Source of the DNA: Eledone cirrhosa | Lineage: Eukaryota | Length of the DNA: 64,000 nucleotides | Direction: 5' to 3' | Assembly (NCBI GenBank): GCA_964016885.1 | Contig: OZ024741.1 | Span: forward strand, 259,966,001 to 260,030,000 | Part shown: in pieces, positions 41,406 through 56,256 of the stretch | How positions within the stretch are numbered: position 1 is the first letter of the stretch | How the letters are laid out: each line of letters starts with the position of its first letter | Program-made: the position numbers and the translations under genes | Notes under the pieces: model-generated | What the model was told of the DNA's origin: nothing | The model's input: the letters and a program-made list of their open reading frames with translations, nothing else | Database searches by the model: none

Positions 41406-43391
41406 TCGTAAGTCGAAACACTCGTAAGCCGAAGCACTCGTGAGCCGAAACACTCGTAAGTCGGAACACTCGTAAGTCAGAACACTCGTAAGTCAGAACA
41501 CTCGTAAGTTAGAACACTCGTAAGTCAGAACACTCGTAAGTCAGAACACTCGTAAGTCAGAACACTCGTAAGTCGAAACACTCGTATCGAAACACTCGTA
41601 TGTCAAAACAGCAGTAAGTCAAAACACTCGTAAGTCGAAACACTCGTAAGCCGAAACACCGTAAGTCAAAACACTCGTAAGTCGAAACACTCGTAAGTCG
41701 AAACACTCGTAAGTCGAAACACTCGTAATCCGAAACACTCGTAAGCCGAAACACTCGTAAGTCGAAACACTCGTAAGTCGAAACACTCGTAAGCCGAAAC
41801 ACTCGTAAGCCGAAACACTCGTAAGTCGGAACACTCGTAAGTCAGAACACTCATAAGTCAGAACACTCGTAAGTCAGAACACTCGTAAGTCGAAACACTC
41901 GTAAGCCGAAACCCCGTAAGTCGAAACACCCGTATGTCGAAACACTCGTAAGCCGAAACACTCTTAAGTCGAAACACTCATAAGCCGAAACACTCGTAAG
42001 TCGGAACACTCGTAAATCAGAACACCCGCAAGTCAGAACACTCGTAAATCAGAACACTCTTAAGTCGAAACTTACGTACGCCGAAACAATCGTAAGTCGA
42101 AACACTCGTAAGTCGAAACATCCTTAAGTCGAAACACTCGTACACCGAAACACTCGTAAGTATAAACATTAGTAAGTCGAAACACTCGTATGTCGAAACA
42201 CTCGTAAACCGAAACACTCGTAAGTCGGAACACTCGTAAGTCAGAACACTCGTAAGTCAGAACACTCGTAAGTCGAAACACTCATAAGTCGAAACACTCG
42301 TAAGTCGAAACACCCGTAAGTCGAAACACCCGTAAGTCGAAACACTCGTATGTCGAATAACTCGTAAGCCGAAACACCGTAAGTCAAAACACTCGTAAGT
42401 CGAAACACTCGTAAGTCGAAACACCCATAAGCCGAAACACTCGTAAGCCAAAACATTCGTAAGTCGAAACACTCGTAAACCGAAACACTCGTAAGCCAAA
42501 ACATTCGTAAGTCGGAACACTCGTAAGTCAGAACACTCATAAGTCAGAACACTCGTAAGTCAGAACACTCGTAAGTCGAAACACTCGTAAGCCGAAACAC
42601 CGTAAGTCGAAACACCCGTATGTCGAAACACTCGTAAGCCGAAACACTCTTAAGTCGAAACACCCATAGCCGAAACACTTGTAAGTCTGAACACACGTAA
42701 GTCAGAACACCCGTAAGTCAGAACACTCGTAAGTCAGAACACTCGTAAGTCAGAACACTCGTAAGTCAGAGCACTCGTATCGAAACACTCGTATGTCAAA
42801 ACACCCGTAAGTCAAAACACTCGTAAGTCGAAACACTCGTAAGTCGAAACACTCGTAAGCCGAAACACCGTAAGCCAAAACACTCGTAAGTCGAAACACC
42901 CGTAAGTCGGAACACTCGTAAGTCGAAACACTCGTAAGCCGAAACACTCATAAGCCGAAACACTCGTAAGTCGGAACACTCGTAAGTCAGAACACCCGTA
43001 AGTCAGAACACTCGTAGTCAGAACACTCGTTAGTCGAAACACTCGTAAGCCGAAACACTCGCAAGTCGAAGCACTCGTAATCCGAAACACTCTTAAGTCG
43101 AAACACTCGTAAGTCGGAAGACTCGTAAGTCAGAACACTCGTAAGTCAGAACACTCGTAAGTCGAAACACTCGTAAGCCGAAACATCCGTAAGTCAAAAC
43201 ATCCGTAGGTCAAAACATTCGTAAGTCGAAACACCCGTAGTCGAAACACTCGCATGTCGAAACACTCGTAAGTCGAAACACGCGTAAGTCGAAACACATG
43301 TAAGTCAAAACACTCGTAAGTCAAAACACTCGTAAGCCGAAACACTCGTAAGTCGAAACACTCGTAAGTCGAAACACTCGTAAAGCGAAAC

Positions 43392-43460
43392 GTATAAATA
43401 AAGATTAATGTAATGAATTTGAAAAGCATAGAGATTTGAAACCGCGTCTATTTGTTATTT
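43392..43460. other. AT-rich island, allele B without B1/B2 SNPs (copy 9)
   Basis: Reads gtataaataaagatt...gaatttg...agagatt. Confidence 0.95.
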
Positions 43461-44399
43461 TCGTAAATCGAAACACTCGTAAGCCGAAACACTCGTGAGC
43501 CGAAACACTCGTAAGTCGGAACACTCGTAAGTCAGAACACTCGTAAGTCAGAACACTCGTAAGTTAGAACACTCGTAAGTCAGAACACTCGTAAGTCAGA
43601 ACACTCGTAAGTCAGAACACTCGTAAGTCGAAACACTCGTATCGAAACACTCGTATGTCAAAACACCAGTAAGTCAAAACACTCGTAAGTCGAAACACTC
43701 GTAAGCCGAAACACCGTAAGTCAAAACACTCGTAAGTCGAAACACTCGTAAGTCGAAACACTCGTAAGTCGAAACACTCGTAAGTCGAAACACTCGTAAG
43801 CCGAAACACTCGTAAGCCGAAACACTCGTAAGTCAGAACACTCATAAGTCAGAACACTCGTAAGTCAGAACACTCGTAAGTCGAAACACTCGTAAGCCGA
43901 AACACCGTAAGTCGAAACACCCGTATGTCGAAACACTCGTAAGCCGAAACACTCTTAAGTCGAAACACTCATAAGCCGAAACACTCGTAAGTCGGAACAC
44001 TCGTAAGTCGAAACACCCGTAAGTCGGAACACTCGTAAGTCGAAACACTCGTAAGTCGAAACACTCGTAAGCCGAAACACTCGTAAGCCGAAACACTCGT
44101 AAGTCGGAACACTCGTAAGTCGGAACACTCGTAAGTCAGAACACTCGTAAGTCAGAACACTCGTAAGTCAGAACACTCGTAAGTCAGAATACTCGTAAGT
44201 CGAAACACTCGTATCGAAACACTCGTATGTCAAAACACCCGTAAGTCAAAACACTCGTAAGTCGAAACACTCGTAAGTCGAAACACTCGTATGTCGAAAC
44301 ATCCGTAAATCAGAACACTCGTAAGTCGAAACACTCGTAAGCCGAAACACTCGTAAGTCGAAACACTCGTATCGAAACACTCGTAAGTCGAAACACCCT

Positions 44400-47300
44400 T
44401 AAGTCAAAACACTCGTAAGCCAAAACACTCGTAAGTCGAAACACTCGTAAGTCGGAACACTCGTAAGTCAGAACACTCGTAAGTCAGAACACTCGTAAGT
44501 GGAAACACGCGTAAGTCGAAACACTCATAAGTCGAAACACTCGTAAGTCGAAACACCCGTAAGTCGAAACACCCGTAAGTCGAAACACTCGTATGTCGAA
44601 TAACTCGTAAGCCGAAACACCGTAAGTCAAAACACTCGTAAGTCGAAACACTCGTAAGTCGAAACACCCATAAGCCGAAACACTCGTAAGCCAAAACATT
44701 CGTAAGTCGAAACACTCGTAAACCGAAACACTCGTAAGCCAAAACATTCGTAAGTCGAAACACTCGTAAGTCGAAACACCCATAGCCGAAACACTCGTAA
44801 GTCTGAACACACGTAAGTCAGAACAGCCGTAAGTCAGAACACTCGTAAGTCAGAACACTCTTAAGTCAGAACACTCGTAAGTCAGAGCACTCGTATCGAA
44901 ACACTCGTATGTCAAAACACCCGTAAGTCAAAACACTCGTAAGTCGAAACACTCGTAAGTCGAAACACTCGTATGTCGAAACATCCGTAAATCAGAACAC
45001 TCGTAAGTCGAAACACTCGTAAGTCGAAACACTCGTAAGCCGAAACACTCGTAAGTCGAAGCACTCGTATCGAAACACTCGTAAGTCGAAACACCCTTAA
45101 GTCAAAACACTCGTAAGCCAAAACACTCGTAAGTCGAAACACTCGTAAGTCGGAACACTCGTAAGTCAGAACACTCGTAAGTCAGAACACTCGTAAGTGG
45201 AAACACGCGTAAGTCGAAAGACCCGTAAGTCAAAAATCTCGTAAGTCAAAACACTCGTAAGCCGAAACACTCGTAAGTCGAAACACTCGTAAGTCGAAAC
45301 ACCCGTAAGTCGGAACACTCGTAAGTCAGAATACTCGTAAGTCAAAACACTCGTAAACCGGAACACCCGTAAGGCAAAACATTCGCATGTCAAAACACTC
45401 GTAAGTCGAAACACTCGTAAGCCGAAACACTCGTAAGTCGAAACACTCGTAAGTCGAAACACTCGTAAGTCGAAACACTCGTAAGTCAGTGCACCCGTAA
45501 GTCAGAACACTCGTAGTCAGAATACTCGTAAGTCGAAACACTCGTATGTCGAAACACCCGTAAGTCGAAACATCCGTAAGTCAAAACACTCGTATGTCGA
45601 AACACTCGTAAGCCGAAACACTCATAAGTCGAAACACTCGTAAGCCGAAACACCCGTAAGTCAAAACATTCGTAAGTCAAAACACTCGTAAGTCGAAACA
45701 CCCGTAAGTCAAAACACTCGTATGTCGAAACACTCGTAAGCCGAAACAACGTAAGTAAAAACACTCGTAAGTCGAAACACCCATAAGTCGAAACACTCGT
45801 AAGCCGAAACACTCGTAAGTCGAAACACTCATAAGCCGAAACACTCGTAAGTCGGAACACTCGTAAATCAGAACACCCGCAAGTCAGAACACTCGTAAAT
45901 CAGAACACTCTTAAGTCGAAACTCACGTACGCTGAAACACTCGTAAGTCGAAACACTCGTAAGTCGAAACATCCTTAAGTCGAAACACTCGTACACCGAA
46001 ACACTCGTAAGTATAAACATTAGTAAGTCGAAACACTCGTAAGCCGAAACACTCGTAAGTCGAAACACCCGTAAATCGAAACACCCGTAAGTCAAAATAC
46101 TCGTATGTCGAAACACTCGTAAACCGAAACACTCGTAAGTCGGAACACTCGTAAGTCAGAACACTCGTAAGTCAGAACACTCGTAAGTCGAAACACTCAT
46201 AAGTCGAAACACTCGTAAGTCGAAACACCCGTAAGTCGAAACCCCCGTAAGTCGAAACACTCGTATGTCGAATAACTCGTAAGCCGAAACACCGTAAGTC
46301 AAAACACTCGTAAGTCAAAACACTCGTAAGTCGAAACACCCATAAGCCGAAACACTCGTAAGCCAAAACATTCGTAAGTCGAAACACTCGTAAACCGAAA
46401 CACTCGTAAGCCAAAACATTCGTAAGTCGAAACACTCGTAAGTCGAAACACCCATAGCCGAAACACTCGTAAGTCGGAACACACGTAAGTCAGAACACCC
46501 GTAAGTCAGAACACTCGTAAGTCAGAACACTCGTAAGTCAGAGCACTCGTATCGAAACACTCGTATGTCAAAACACCCGTAAGTCAAAACACTCGTAAGT
46601 CGAAACACTCGTAAGCCGAAACACCGTAAGCCAAAACACTCGTAAGTCGAAACACCCGTAAGTCGGAACACTCGTAAGTCGAAACACTCGTAAGTCGAAA
46701 CACTCGTAAGCCGAAACACTCGTAAGCCGAAACACTCGTAAGTCGGAACACTCGTAAGTCGGAACACTCGTAAGTCCGGACACTCGTAAGTCAGAACACT
46801 CGTAAGTCAGAACACTCGTAAGTCAGAATACTCGTAAGTCGAAACACCCGTAAGTCGAAACACCCGTAAGTCGAAACACTCGTATGTCGAATAACTCGTA
46901 AGCCGAAACACCGTAAGTCAAAACACTCGTAAGTCGAAACACTCGTAAGTCGAAACACCCATAAGCCGAAACACTCGTAAGCCAAAACATTCGTAAGTCG
47001 AAACACTCGTAAACCGAAACACTCGTAAGCCAAAACATTCGTAAGTCGAAACACTCGTAAGTCGAAACACCCATAGCCGAAACACTTGTAAGTCTGAACA
47101 CACGTAAGTCAGAACACCCGTAAGTCAGAACACTCGTAAGTCAGAACACTCGTAAGTCAGAACACTCGTAAGTCAGAGCACTCGTATCGAAACACTCGTA
47201 TGTCAAAACACCCGTAAGTCAAAACACTCGTAAGTCGAAACACTCGTAAGCCGAAACACCGTAAGCCAAAACACTCGTAAGTCGAAACACCCGTAAGTCG

Positions 47301-50300
47301 GAACACTCGTAAGTCGAAACACTCGTAAGTCGAAACACTCGTAAGCCGAAACACTCGTAAGCCGAAACACTCGTAAGTCGGAACACTCGTAAGTCGGAAC
47401 ACTCGTAAGTCAGAACACTCGTAAGTCAGAACACTCGTAAGTCAGAACACTCGTAAGTCGAAACACTCGTATCGAAACACTCGTATGTCAAAACACCAGT
47501 AAGTCGAAACACTCGTATCGAAACACTCGTATGTCAAAACACCAGTAAGTCAAAACACTCGTAAGTCGAAACACTCGTAAGCCGAAACACCGTAAGTCGA
47601 AACACCCGTATGTCGAAACACTCGTAAGCCGAAACACTCGTAAGTCGAAACACTCGTAGTCGAAACACTCGTAAGTCGAAACACCCGTAAGTCGAAACAC
47701 TCGTAAGTCGAAACACTCGTAAGCCGAAACACTCGTAAGTCGAAACACTCATAAGCCGAAACACTCGTAAGTCGAAACACTCGTAAGTCAGAACACTCGT
47801 AGTCAGAACACTCGTAAGTCAAACCACTCGTAAGCCGAAACACTCGTAAGTCGAAACACTCGTAAGTCGAAACACTCGTAAGTCGAAAAACTCGTAAGCC
47901 GGAACACTCGTAAGTCAGAACACTCGTAAGTCAGAACACTCGTAAGTCGAAACACTCGTAAGCCGAAACACCCGTAAGTCGAAACATTCGTAAGTCGAAA
48001 CACCCGTAAGTCGAAACACTCGTAAGTCGAAACACTCGTAAGTCGAAACACCGTAAGTCAAAACACTCGTATGTCGAAACATCCGTAAATCAGAACACTC
48101 CTAAGTCAAAACACTCGTAAGTCGAAACACTCGTAAGTCAAAAATACTCGTAAGTCGAAACACCCTTAAGTAAAAACACTCGTAAGTCGAAACACTCGTA
48201 AGCCGAAACACCCGTCAGTTAAAACACCCGTAAGTCGAAACACTCGTAAGTCAAAACTCTCGTACGCCGAAACACTCGTAAGTAAAAACATTAGTAAGTC
48301 GAAACACTCGTAAGCCGAAACACTCATAAGTCGAAACACTCGTAAGCCGAAACACCCGTAAGTCAAAACATTCGTAAGTCAAAACACTCGTAAGTCGAAA
48401 CACCCGTAAGTCGAAACACTCGTATGTCGAAACACTCGTAAGCCGAAACACCGTAAGTAAAAACACTCGTAAGTCGAAACACCCACAAGTCGAAACACTC
48501 GTAAGCCGAAACACTCGTAAGTCGAAACACTCATAAGCCGAAACACTCGTAAGTCGGAACACTCGTAAATCAGAACACCCGCAAGTCAGAACATTCGTAT
48601 CGAAACACTCGTATGTCAAAACACCCGTAAGTCAAAACACTCGTAAGTCGAAACACTCGTAAGCCGAAACACCGTAAGTAAAAAAACTCGTAAGTCGAAA
48701 TACTCGTAAGTCGAAACACTCGTAAGCCGAAACAATCGTAATTCAAAACACTCGTAAGTCGAAACACTCGTAAGCCGAAACAATCGTAAGTCGAAACACT
48801 CGTAAGCCGAAAATACTCGTAAGTCGGAACACCCGTAAGCCGAAACACTCGTATGTCGAAACACTCGTAAGCCGAAACAACATAAGTAAAAACACTCGTA
48901 AGTCGAAACACCCATAAGTCGAAACACTCGTAAGCCGAAACACTCGTAAGTCGAAACACTCATAAGCCGAAACACTCGTAAGTCGGAACACTCGTAAATC
49001 AGAACACCCGCAAGTCAGAACACTCGTAAATCAGAACACTCTTAAGTCGAAACTCACGTACGCCGAAACACTCGTAAGTCGAAACACTCGTAAGTCGAAA
49101 CATCCTTAAGTCGAAACACTCGTACACCGAAACACTCGTAAGTATAAACATTAGTAAGTCGAAACACTCGTATGTCGAAACACTCGTAAACCGAAACACT
49201 CGTAAGTCGGAACACTCGTAAGTCAGAACACTCGTAAGTCAGAACACTCGTAATTCGAAACACTCATAAGTCGAAACACTCGTAAGTCGAAACACCCGTA
49301 AGTCGAAACACCCGTAAGTCGAAACACTCGTATGTCGAATAACTCGTAAGCCGAAACACTGTAAGTCAAAACACTCGTAAGTCGAAACACTCGTAAGTCG
49401 AAACACCCATAAGCCGAAACATTCGTAAGCCAAAACATTCGTAAGTCGAAACACTCGTAAACCGAAACACTCGTAAGCCAAAACATTCGTAAGTCGAAAC
49501 ACTCGTAAGTCGAAACACCCATAGCCGAAACACTTGTAAGTCTGAACACACGTAAGTCAGAACACCCGTAAGTCAGAACACTCGTAAGTCAGAACACTCG
49601 TAAGTCAGAGCACTCGTATCGAAACACTCGTATGTCAAAACACCCGTAAGTCAAAACACTCGTAAGTCGAAACACTCGTAAGCCGAAACACCGTAAGCCA
49701 AAACACTCGTAAGTCGAAACATCCGTAAGTCGGAACACTCGTAAGTCGAAACACTCGTAAGTCGAAACACTCGTAAGCCGAAACACTCGTAAGCCGAAAC
49801 ACTCGTAAGTCGGAACACTCGTAAGTCGGAACACTCGTAAGTCAGAACACTCGTAAGTCAGAACACTCGTAAGTCAGAACACTCGTAAGTCAGAACACTC
49901 GTAAGTCGAAACACTCGTATCGAAACACTCGTATGTCAAAACACCCGTAAGTCAAAACACTCGTAAGTCGAAACACTCGTAAGTCGAAACATTCGTATGT
50001 CGAAACATCCGTAAATCAGAACACTCGTAAGTCGAAACACTCGTAAGTCGAAACACTCGTAAGCCGAAACACTCGTAAGTCGAAGCACTCGTATCGAAAC
50101 ACTCGTAAGTCGAAACACCCTTAAGTCAAAACACTCGTAAGCCAAAACACTCGTAAGTCGAAACACTCGTAAGTCGGAACACTCGTAAGTCAGAACACTC
50201 GTAAGTCAGAACACTCGTAAGTGGAAACACGCGTAAGTCGAAACACTCATAAGTCGAAACACTCGTAAGTCGAAACACCCGTAAGTCGAAACACCCGTAA

Positions 50301-52190
50301 GTCGAAACACTCGTATGTCGAATAACTCGTAAGCCGAAACACCGTAAGTCAAAACACTCGTAAGTCGAAACACTCGTAAGTCGAAACACCCATAAGCCGA
50401 AACACTCGTAAGCCAAAACATTCGTAAGTCGAAACACTCGTAAACCGAAACACTCGTAAGCCAAAACATTCGTAAGTCGAAACACTCGTAAGTCGAAACA
50501 CCCATAGCCGAAACACTCGTAAGTCTGAACACACGTAAGTCAGAACAGCCGTAAGTCAGAACACTCGTAAGTCAGAACACTCTTAAGTCAGAACACTCGT
50601 AAGTCAGAGCACTCGTATCGAAACACTCGTATGTCAAAACACCCGTAAGTCAAAACACTCGTAAGTCGAAACACTCGTAAGTCGAAACACTCGTATGTCG
50701 AAACATCCGTAAATCAGAACACTCGTAAGTCGAAACACTCGTAAGTCGAAACACTCGTAAGCCGAAACACTCGTAAGTCGAAGCACTCGTATCGAAACAC
50801 TCGTAAGTCGAAACACCCTTAAGTCAAAACACTCGTAAGCCAAAACACTCGTAAGTCGAAACACTCGTAAGTCGGAACACTCGTAAGTCAGAACACTCGT
50901 AAGTCAGAACACTCGTAAGTGGAAACACGCGTAAGTCGAAAGACCCGTAAGTCAAAAATCTCGTAAGTCAAAACACTCGTAAGCCGAAACACTCGTAAGT
51001 CGAAACACTCGTAAGTCGAAACACCCGTAAGTCGGAACACTCGTAAGTCAGAATACTCGTAAGTCAAAACACTCGTAAACCGGAACACCCGTAAGGCAAA
51101 ACATTCGCATGTCAAAACACTCGTAAGTCGAAACACTCGTAAGCCGAAACACTCGTAAGTCGAAACACTCGTAAGTCGAAACACTCGTAAGTCGAAACAC
51201 TCGTAAGTCAGTGCACCCGTAAGTCAGAACACTCGTAGTCAGAATACTCGTAAGTCGAAACACTCGTATGTCGAAACACCCGTAAGTCGAAACATCCGTA
51301 AGTCAAAACACTCGTATGTCGAAACACTCGTAAGCCGAAACACTCATAAGTCGAAACACTCGTAAGCCGAAACACCCGTAAGTCAAAACATTCGTAAGTC
51401 AAAACACTCGTAAGTCGAAACACCCGTAAGTCAAAACACTCGTATGTCGAAACACTCGTAAGCCGAAACAACGTAAGTAAAAACACTCGTAAGTCGAAAC
51501 ACCCATAAGTCGAAACACTCGTAAGCCGAAACACTCGTAAGTCGAAACACTCATAAGCCGAAACACTCGTAAGTCGGAACACTCGTAAATCAGAACACCC
51601 GCAAGTCAGAACACTCGTAAATCAGAACACTCTTAAGTCGAAACTCACGTACGCTGAAACACTCGTAAGTCGAAACACTCGTAAGTCGAAACATCCTTAA
51701 GTCGAAACACTCGTACACCGAAACACTCGTAAGTATAAACATTAGTAAGTCGAAACACTCGTAAGCCGAAACACTCGTAAGTCGAAACACCCGTAAATCG
51801 AAACACCCGTAAGTCAAAATACTCGTATGTCGAAACACTCGTAAACCGAAACACTCGTAAGTCGGAACACTCGTAAGTCAGAACACTCGTAAGTCAGAAC
51901 ACTCGTAAGTCGAAACACTCATAAGTCGAAACACTCGTAAGTCGAAACACCCGTAAGTCGAAACCCCCGTAAGTCGAAACACTCGTATGTCGAATAACTC
52001 GTAAGCCGAAACACCGTAAGTCAAAACACTCGTAAGTCAAAACACTCGTAAGTCGAAACACCCATAAGCCGAAACACTCGTAAGCCAAAACATTCGTAAG
52101 TCGAAACACTCGTAAACCGAAACACTCGTAAGCCAAAACATTCGTAAGTCGAAACACTCGTAAGTCGAAACACCCATAGCCGAAACACTC
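44400..52190 (+). repeat. Domain of ~5.7-kb HOR
   Basis: GTGCAC markers lie near 45489 and 51211, 5722 bp apart. Peptides 44404/50126 are identical at +5722. Confidence 0.85.
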
Positions 52191-52932
52191 GTAAGTCAGA
52201 ACACTCGTAAGTCAGAACACTCGTAAGTTAGAACACTCGTAAGTCAGAACACTCGTAAGTCAGAACACTCGTAAGTCGAAACACTCGTATCGAAACACTC
52301 GTATGTCAAAACACCCGTAAGTCAAAACACTCGTAAGTCGAAACACTCGTAAGTCGAAACACTCATAAGCCGAAACACTCGTAAGCCGAAACACTCGTAA
52401 GTCGGAACACTAGTAAGTCGGAACACTCGTAAGTCAGAACACTCGTAGGTCAGAACACTCGTAAGTCACAACACTCGTAAGTCAGAACACTCGTAAGTCG
52501 AAACACTCGTATCGAAACACTCGTATGTCAAAACACCCGTAAGTCAAAACACTCGTAAGTCGAAACACTCGTAAGTCGAAACACTCGTATGTCGAAACAT
52601 CCGTAAATCAGAACACTCGTAAGTCGAAACACTCGTAAGTCGAAACACTCGTAAGCCGAAACACTCGTAAGTCGAAGCACTCGTATCGAAACACTCGTAA
52701 GTCGAAACACCCTTAAGTCAAAACACTCGTAAGCCAAAACACTCGTAAGTCGAAACACTCGTAAGTCGGAACACTCGTAAGTCAGAACACTCGTAAGTCA
52801 GAACACTCGTAAGTGGAAACACGCGTAAGTCGAAAGACCCGTAAGTCAAAAATCTCGTAAGTCAAAACACTCGTAAGCCGAAACACTCGTAAGTCGAAAC
52901 ACTCGTAAGTCGAAACATTCGTAAAGCGAAAC

Positions 52933-53001
52933 GTATAAATAAAGATTAATGTAATGAACTTGAAAAGCATAGATATTTGAAACCGCGTCTATTTGTTATT
53001 T
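52933..53001. other. AT-rich island, allele A (copy 10)
   Basis: Carries gaacttg and agatatt. Confidence 0.95.
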
Positions 53002-54129
53002 TCGTAAGTCGAAACACTCGTAAGTCAGAACACTCGTAAGTCAGAACACTCTTAAGTCAGAACACTCGTATCGAAACACGTATGTCAAAACACCCGTAAG
53101 TCAAAACACTCGTAAGTCGAAACACTCGTAAGTCGAAACACTCGTAAGCCGAAACAATCGTAAGTCAAAACACTCGTAAGTCGAAACACTCGTAAGCCGA
53201 AAATACTCGTAAGTCGGAACACCCGTAAGCCGAAACCCTCGTAGGTCGGAACACTCGTAAGTCGAAACACTCGTAAGTCGAAACACCCGTAAGTCGAAAC
53301 ACTCGTAAGTCGAAACACCCGTAAGTCGAAACATCCGTAAGTCAAAACACTCGTATGTCGAAACACTCGTAAGCCGAAACACTCGTAAGTCGGAACACTC
53401 GCAAGTCAGAACACTCGTAAGTCAGAACACTCGTAAGTCGAAACACTCGTAAGTCGAAACACCCGTAAGTCGAAACGCCCGTAAGTCAAAACACTCGTAT
53501 GTCGAAACACTCGCAAGCCGAAAAACCGTAAGTCAAAACACTCGTAAGTCGAAACACTCGTAAATCGAAACACTCGTAAGCCGAAACACTCGTAAGCGAA
53601 AACATTCGTTAGTCGAAACACTCGTAACCCGAAACACTCGTAAGTCGAAACACTCGAAAGCCGAAACACTCGTAAGTCGAAACACTCATAAGCCGAAACA
53701 CTCGTAAGTCGGAACACTCGTAAGTCAGAACACCCGTAAATCAGAACACTCGTAGTCAGAACACTCGTAAGTCGAAACACTCGTAAGCCGAAACACTCGC
53801 AAGTCGAAGCACTCGTAATTCGAAACACTCTTAAGTCGAAACACTCGTAAGTCGGAACACTCGTAAGTCAGAACACTCGTAAGTCAGAACACTCGTAAGT
53901 CGAAACACTCGTAAGCCGAAACATCCGTAAGTCAAAACATCCGTAAGTCAAAACATTCGTAAGTCGAAACACCCGTAGTCGAAACACTCGCAAGTCGAAA
54001 CACTCGTAAGTCGAAACACGCGTAAGTCGAAACACATGTAAGTCAAAACACTCGTAAGTCAAAACACTCGTAAGCCGAAACACTCGTAAGTCGAAACACT
54101 CGTAAGTCGAAACACTCGTAAAGCGAAAC

Positions 54130-54198
54130 GTATAAATAAATATTAATGTAATGAATTTGAAAAGCATAGAGATTTGAAACCGCGTCTATTTGTTATTT
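54130..54198. other. AT-rich island, allele B1 (copy 11)
   Basis: Carries aataaatatt, gaatttg and agagatt, the same as 11233. Confidence 0.95.
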
Positions 54199-55006
54199 TC
54201 GTAAGTCGAAACACTCGTAAGCCGAAACACTCGTGAGCCGAAACACTCGTAAGTCGGAACACTCGTAAGTCAGAACACTCGTAAGTCAGAACACTCGTAA
54301 GTTAGAACACTCGTAAGTCAGAACACTCGTAAGTCAGAACACTCGTAAGTCGAAACACTCGTATCGAAACACTCGCATGTCAAAACACCCGTAAGTCAAA
54401 ACACTCGTAAGTCGAAACACTCGTAAGTCGAAACACTCGTAAGCCGAAACACTCGTAAGCCGAAACACTCGTAAGTCGGAACACTCGTAAGTCGGAACAC
54501 TCGTAAGACAGAACACTCGTAAGTCAGAACACTCGTAAGTCAGAACACTCGTAAGTCAGAACACTCGTAAGTCGAAACACTCGTATCGAAACACTCGTAT
54601 GTCAAAACACCCGTAAGTCAAAACACTCGTAAGTCGAAACACTCGTAAGTCGAAACACTCGTATGTCGAAACATCCGTAAATCAGAACACTCGTAAGTCG
54701 AAACACTCGTAAGTCGAAACACTCGTAAGCCGAAACACTCGTAAGTCGAAGCACTCGTATCGAAACACTCGTAAGTCGAAACACCCTTAAGTCAAAACAC
54801 TCGTAAGCCAAAACACTCGTAAGTCGAAACACTCGTAAGTCGGAACACTCGTAAGTCAGAACACTCGTAAGTCAGAACACTCGTAAGTGGAAACACGCGT
54901 AAGTCGAAAGACCCGTAAGTCAAAAATCTCGTAAGTCAAAACACTCGTAAGCCGAAACACTCGTAAGTCGAAACACTCGTAAGTCGAAACATTCGTAAAG
55001 CGAAAC

Positions 55007-55075
55007 GTATAAATAAAGATTAATGTAATGAACTTGAAAAGCATAGATATTTGAAACCGCGTCTATTTGTTATTT
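55007..55075. other. AT-rich island, allele A (copy 12)
   Basis: Carries gaacttg and agatatt. Confidence 0.95.
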
Positions 55076-56187
55076 TCGTAAGTCGAAACACTCGTAAGTC
55101 AGAACACTCGTAAGTCAGAACACTCGTATCGAAACACGTATGTCAAAACACCCGTAAGTCAAAACACTCGTAAGTCGAAACACTCGTAAGTCGAAACACT
55201 CGTAAGCCGAAACAATCGTAAGTCAAAACACTCGTAAGTCGAAACACTCGTAAGCCGAAAATACTCGTAAGTCGGAACACCCGTAAGCCGAAACCCTCGT
55301 AGGTCGGAACACTCGTAAGTCGAAACACTCTTAAGTCGAAACACCCGTAAGTCGAAACACTCGTAAGTCGAAACACCCGTAAGTCGAAACATCCGTAAGT
55401 CAAAACACTCGTATGTCGAAACACTCGTAAGCCGAAACACTCGTAAGTCGGAACACTCGCAAGTCAGAACACTCGTAAGTCAGAACACTCGTAAGTCGAA
55501 ACACTCGTAAGTCGAAACACCCGTAAGTCGAAACGCCCGTAAGTCAAAACACTCGTATGTCGAAACACTCGCAAGCCGAAAAACCGTAAGTCAAAACACT
55601 CGTAAGTCGAAACACTCGTAAATCGAAACACTCGTAAGCCGAAACACTCGTAAGCGAAAACATTCGTTAGTCGAAACACTCGTAACCCGAAACACTCGTA
55701 AGTCGAAACACTCGAAAGCCGAAACACTCGTAAGTCGAAACACTCATAAGCCGAAACACTCGTAAGTCGGAACACTCGTAAGTCAGAACACCCGTAAATC
55801 AGAACACTCGTAGTCAGAACACTCGTAAGTCGAAACACTCGTAAGCCGAAACACTCGCAAGTCGAAGCACTCGTAATCCGAAACACTCTTAAGTCGAAAC
55901 ACTCGTAAGTCGGAACACTCGTAAGTCAGAACACTCGTAAGTCAGAACACTCGTAAGTCGAAACACTCGTAAGCCGAAACATCCGTAAGTCAAAACATCC
56001 GTAAGTCAAAACATTCGTAAGTCGAAACACCCGTAGTCGAAACACTCGCAAGTCGAAACACTCGTAAGTCGAAACACGCGTAAGTCGAAACACATGTAAG
56101 TCAAAACACTCGTAAGTCAAAACACTCGTAAGCCGAAACACTCGTAAGTCGAAACACTCGTAAGTCGAAACACTCGTAAAGCGAAAC

Positions 56188-56256
56188 GTATCAATAAAGA
56201 TTAATGTAATGAATTTGAAAAGCATAGAGATTTGAAACCGCGTCTATTTGTTATTT
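56188..56256. other. AT-rich island, allele B2 (copy 13)
   Basis: Carries gtatcaataa, gaatttg and agagatt, the same as 13291. Confidence 0.95.

Larger units (their letters stand above)
39700..44400 (+). repeat. Divergent, mosaic island-bearing domain related to the ~2.06-kb HOR
   Basis: Islands start at 40170 (A), 41337 (B) and 43392 (B). Many private monomer variants occur, e.g. aagtgagaac ~40291, tagttcgg ~40481, gagaca ~40615, gcagtaag ~41611, ggaagactc ~43116. Confidence 0.8.
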
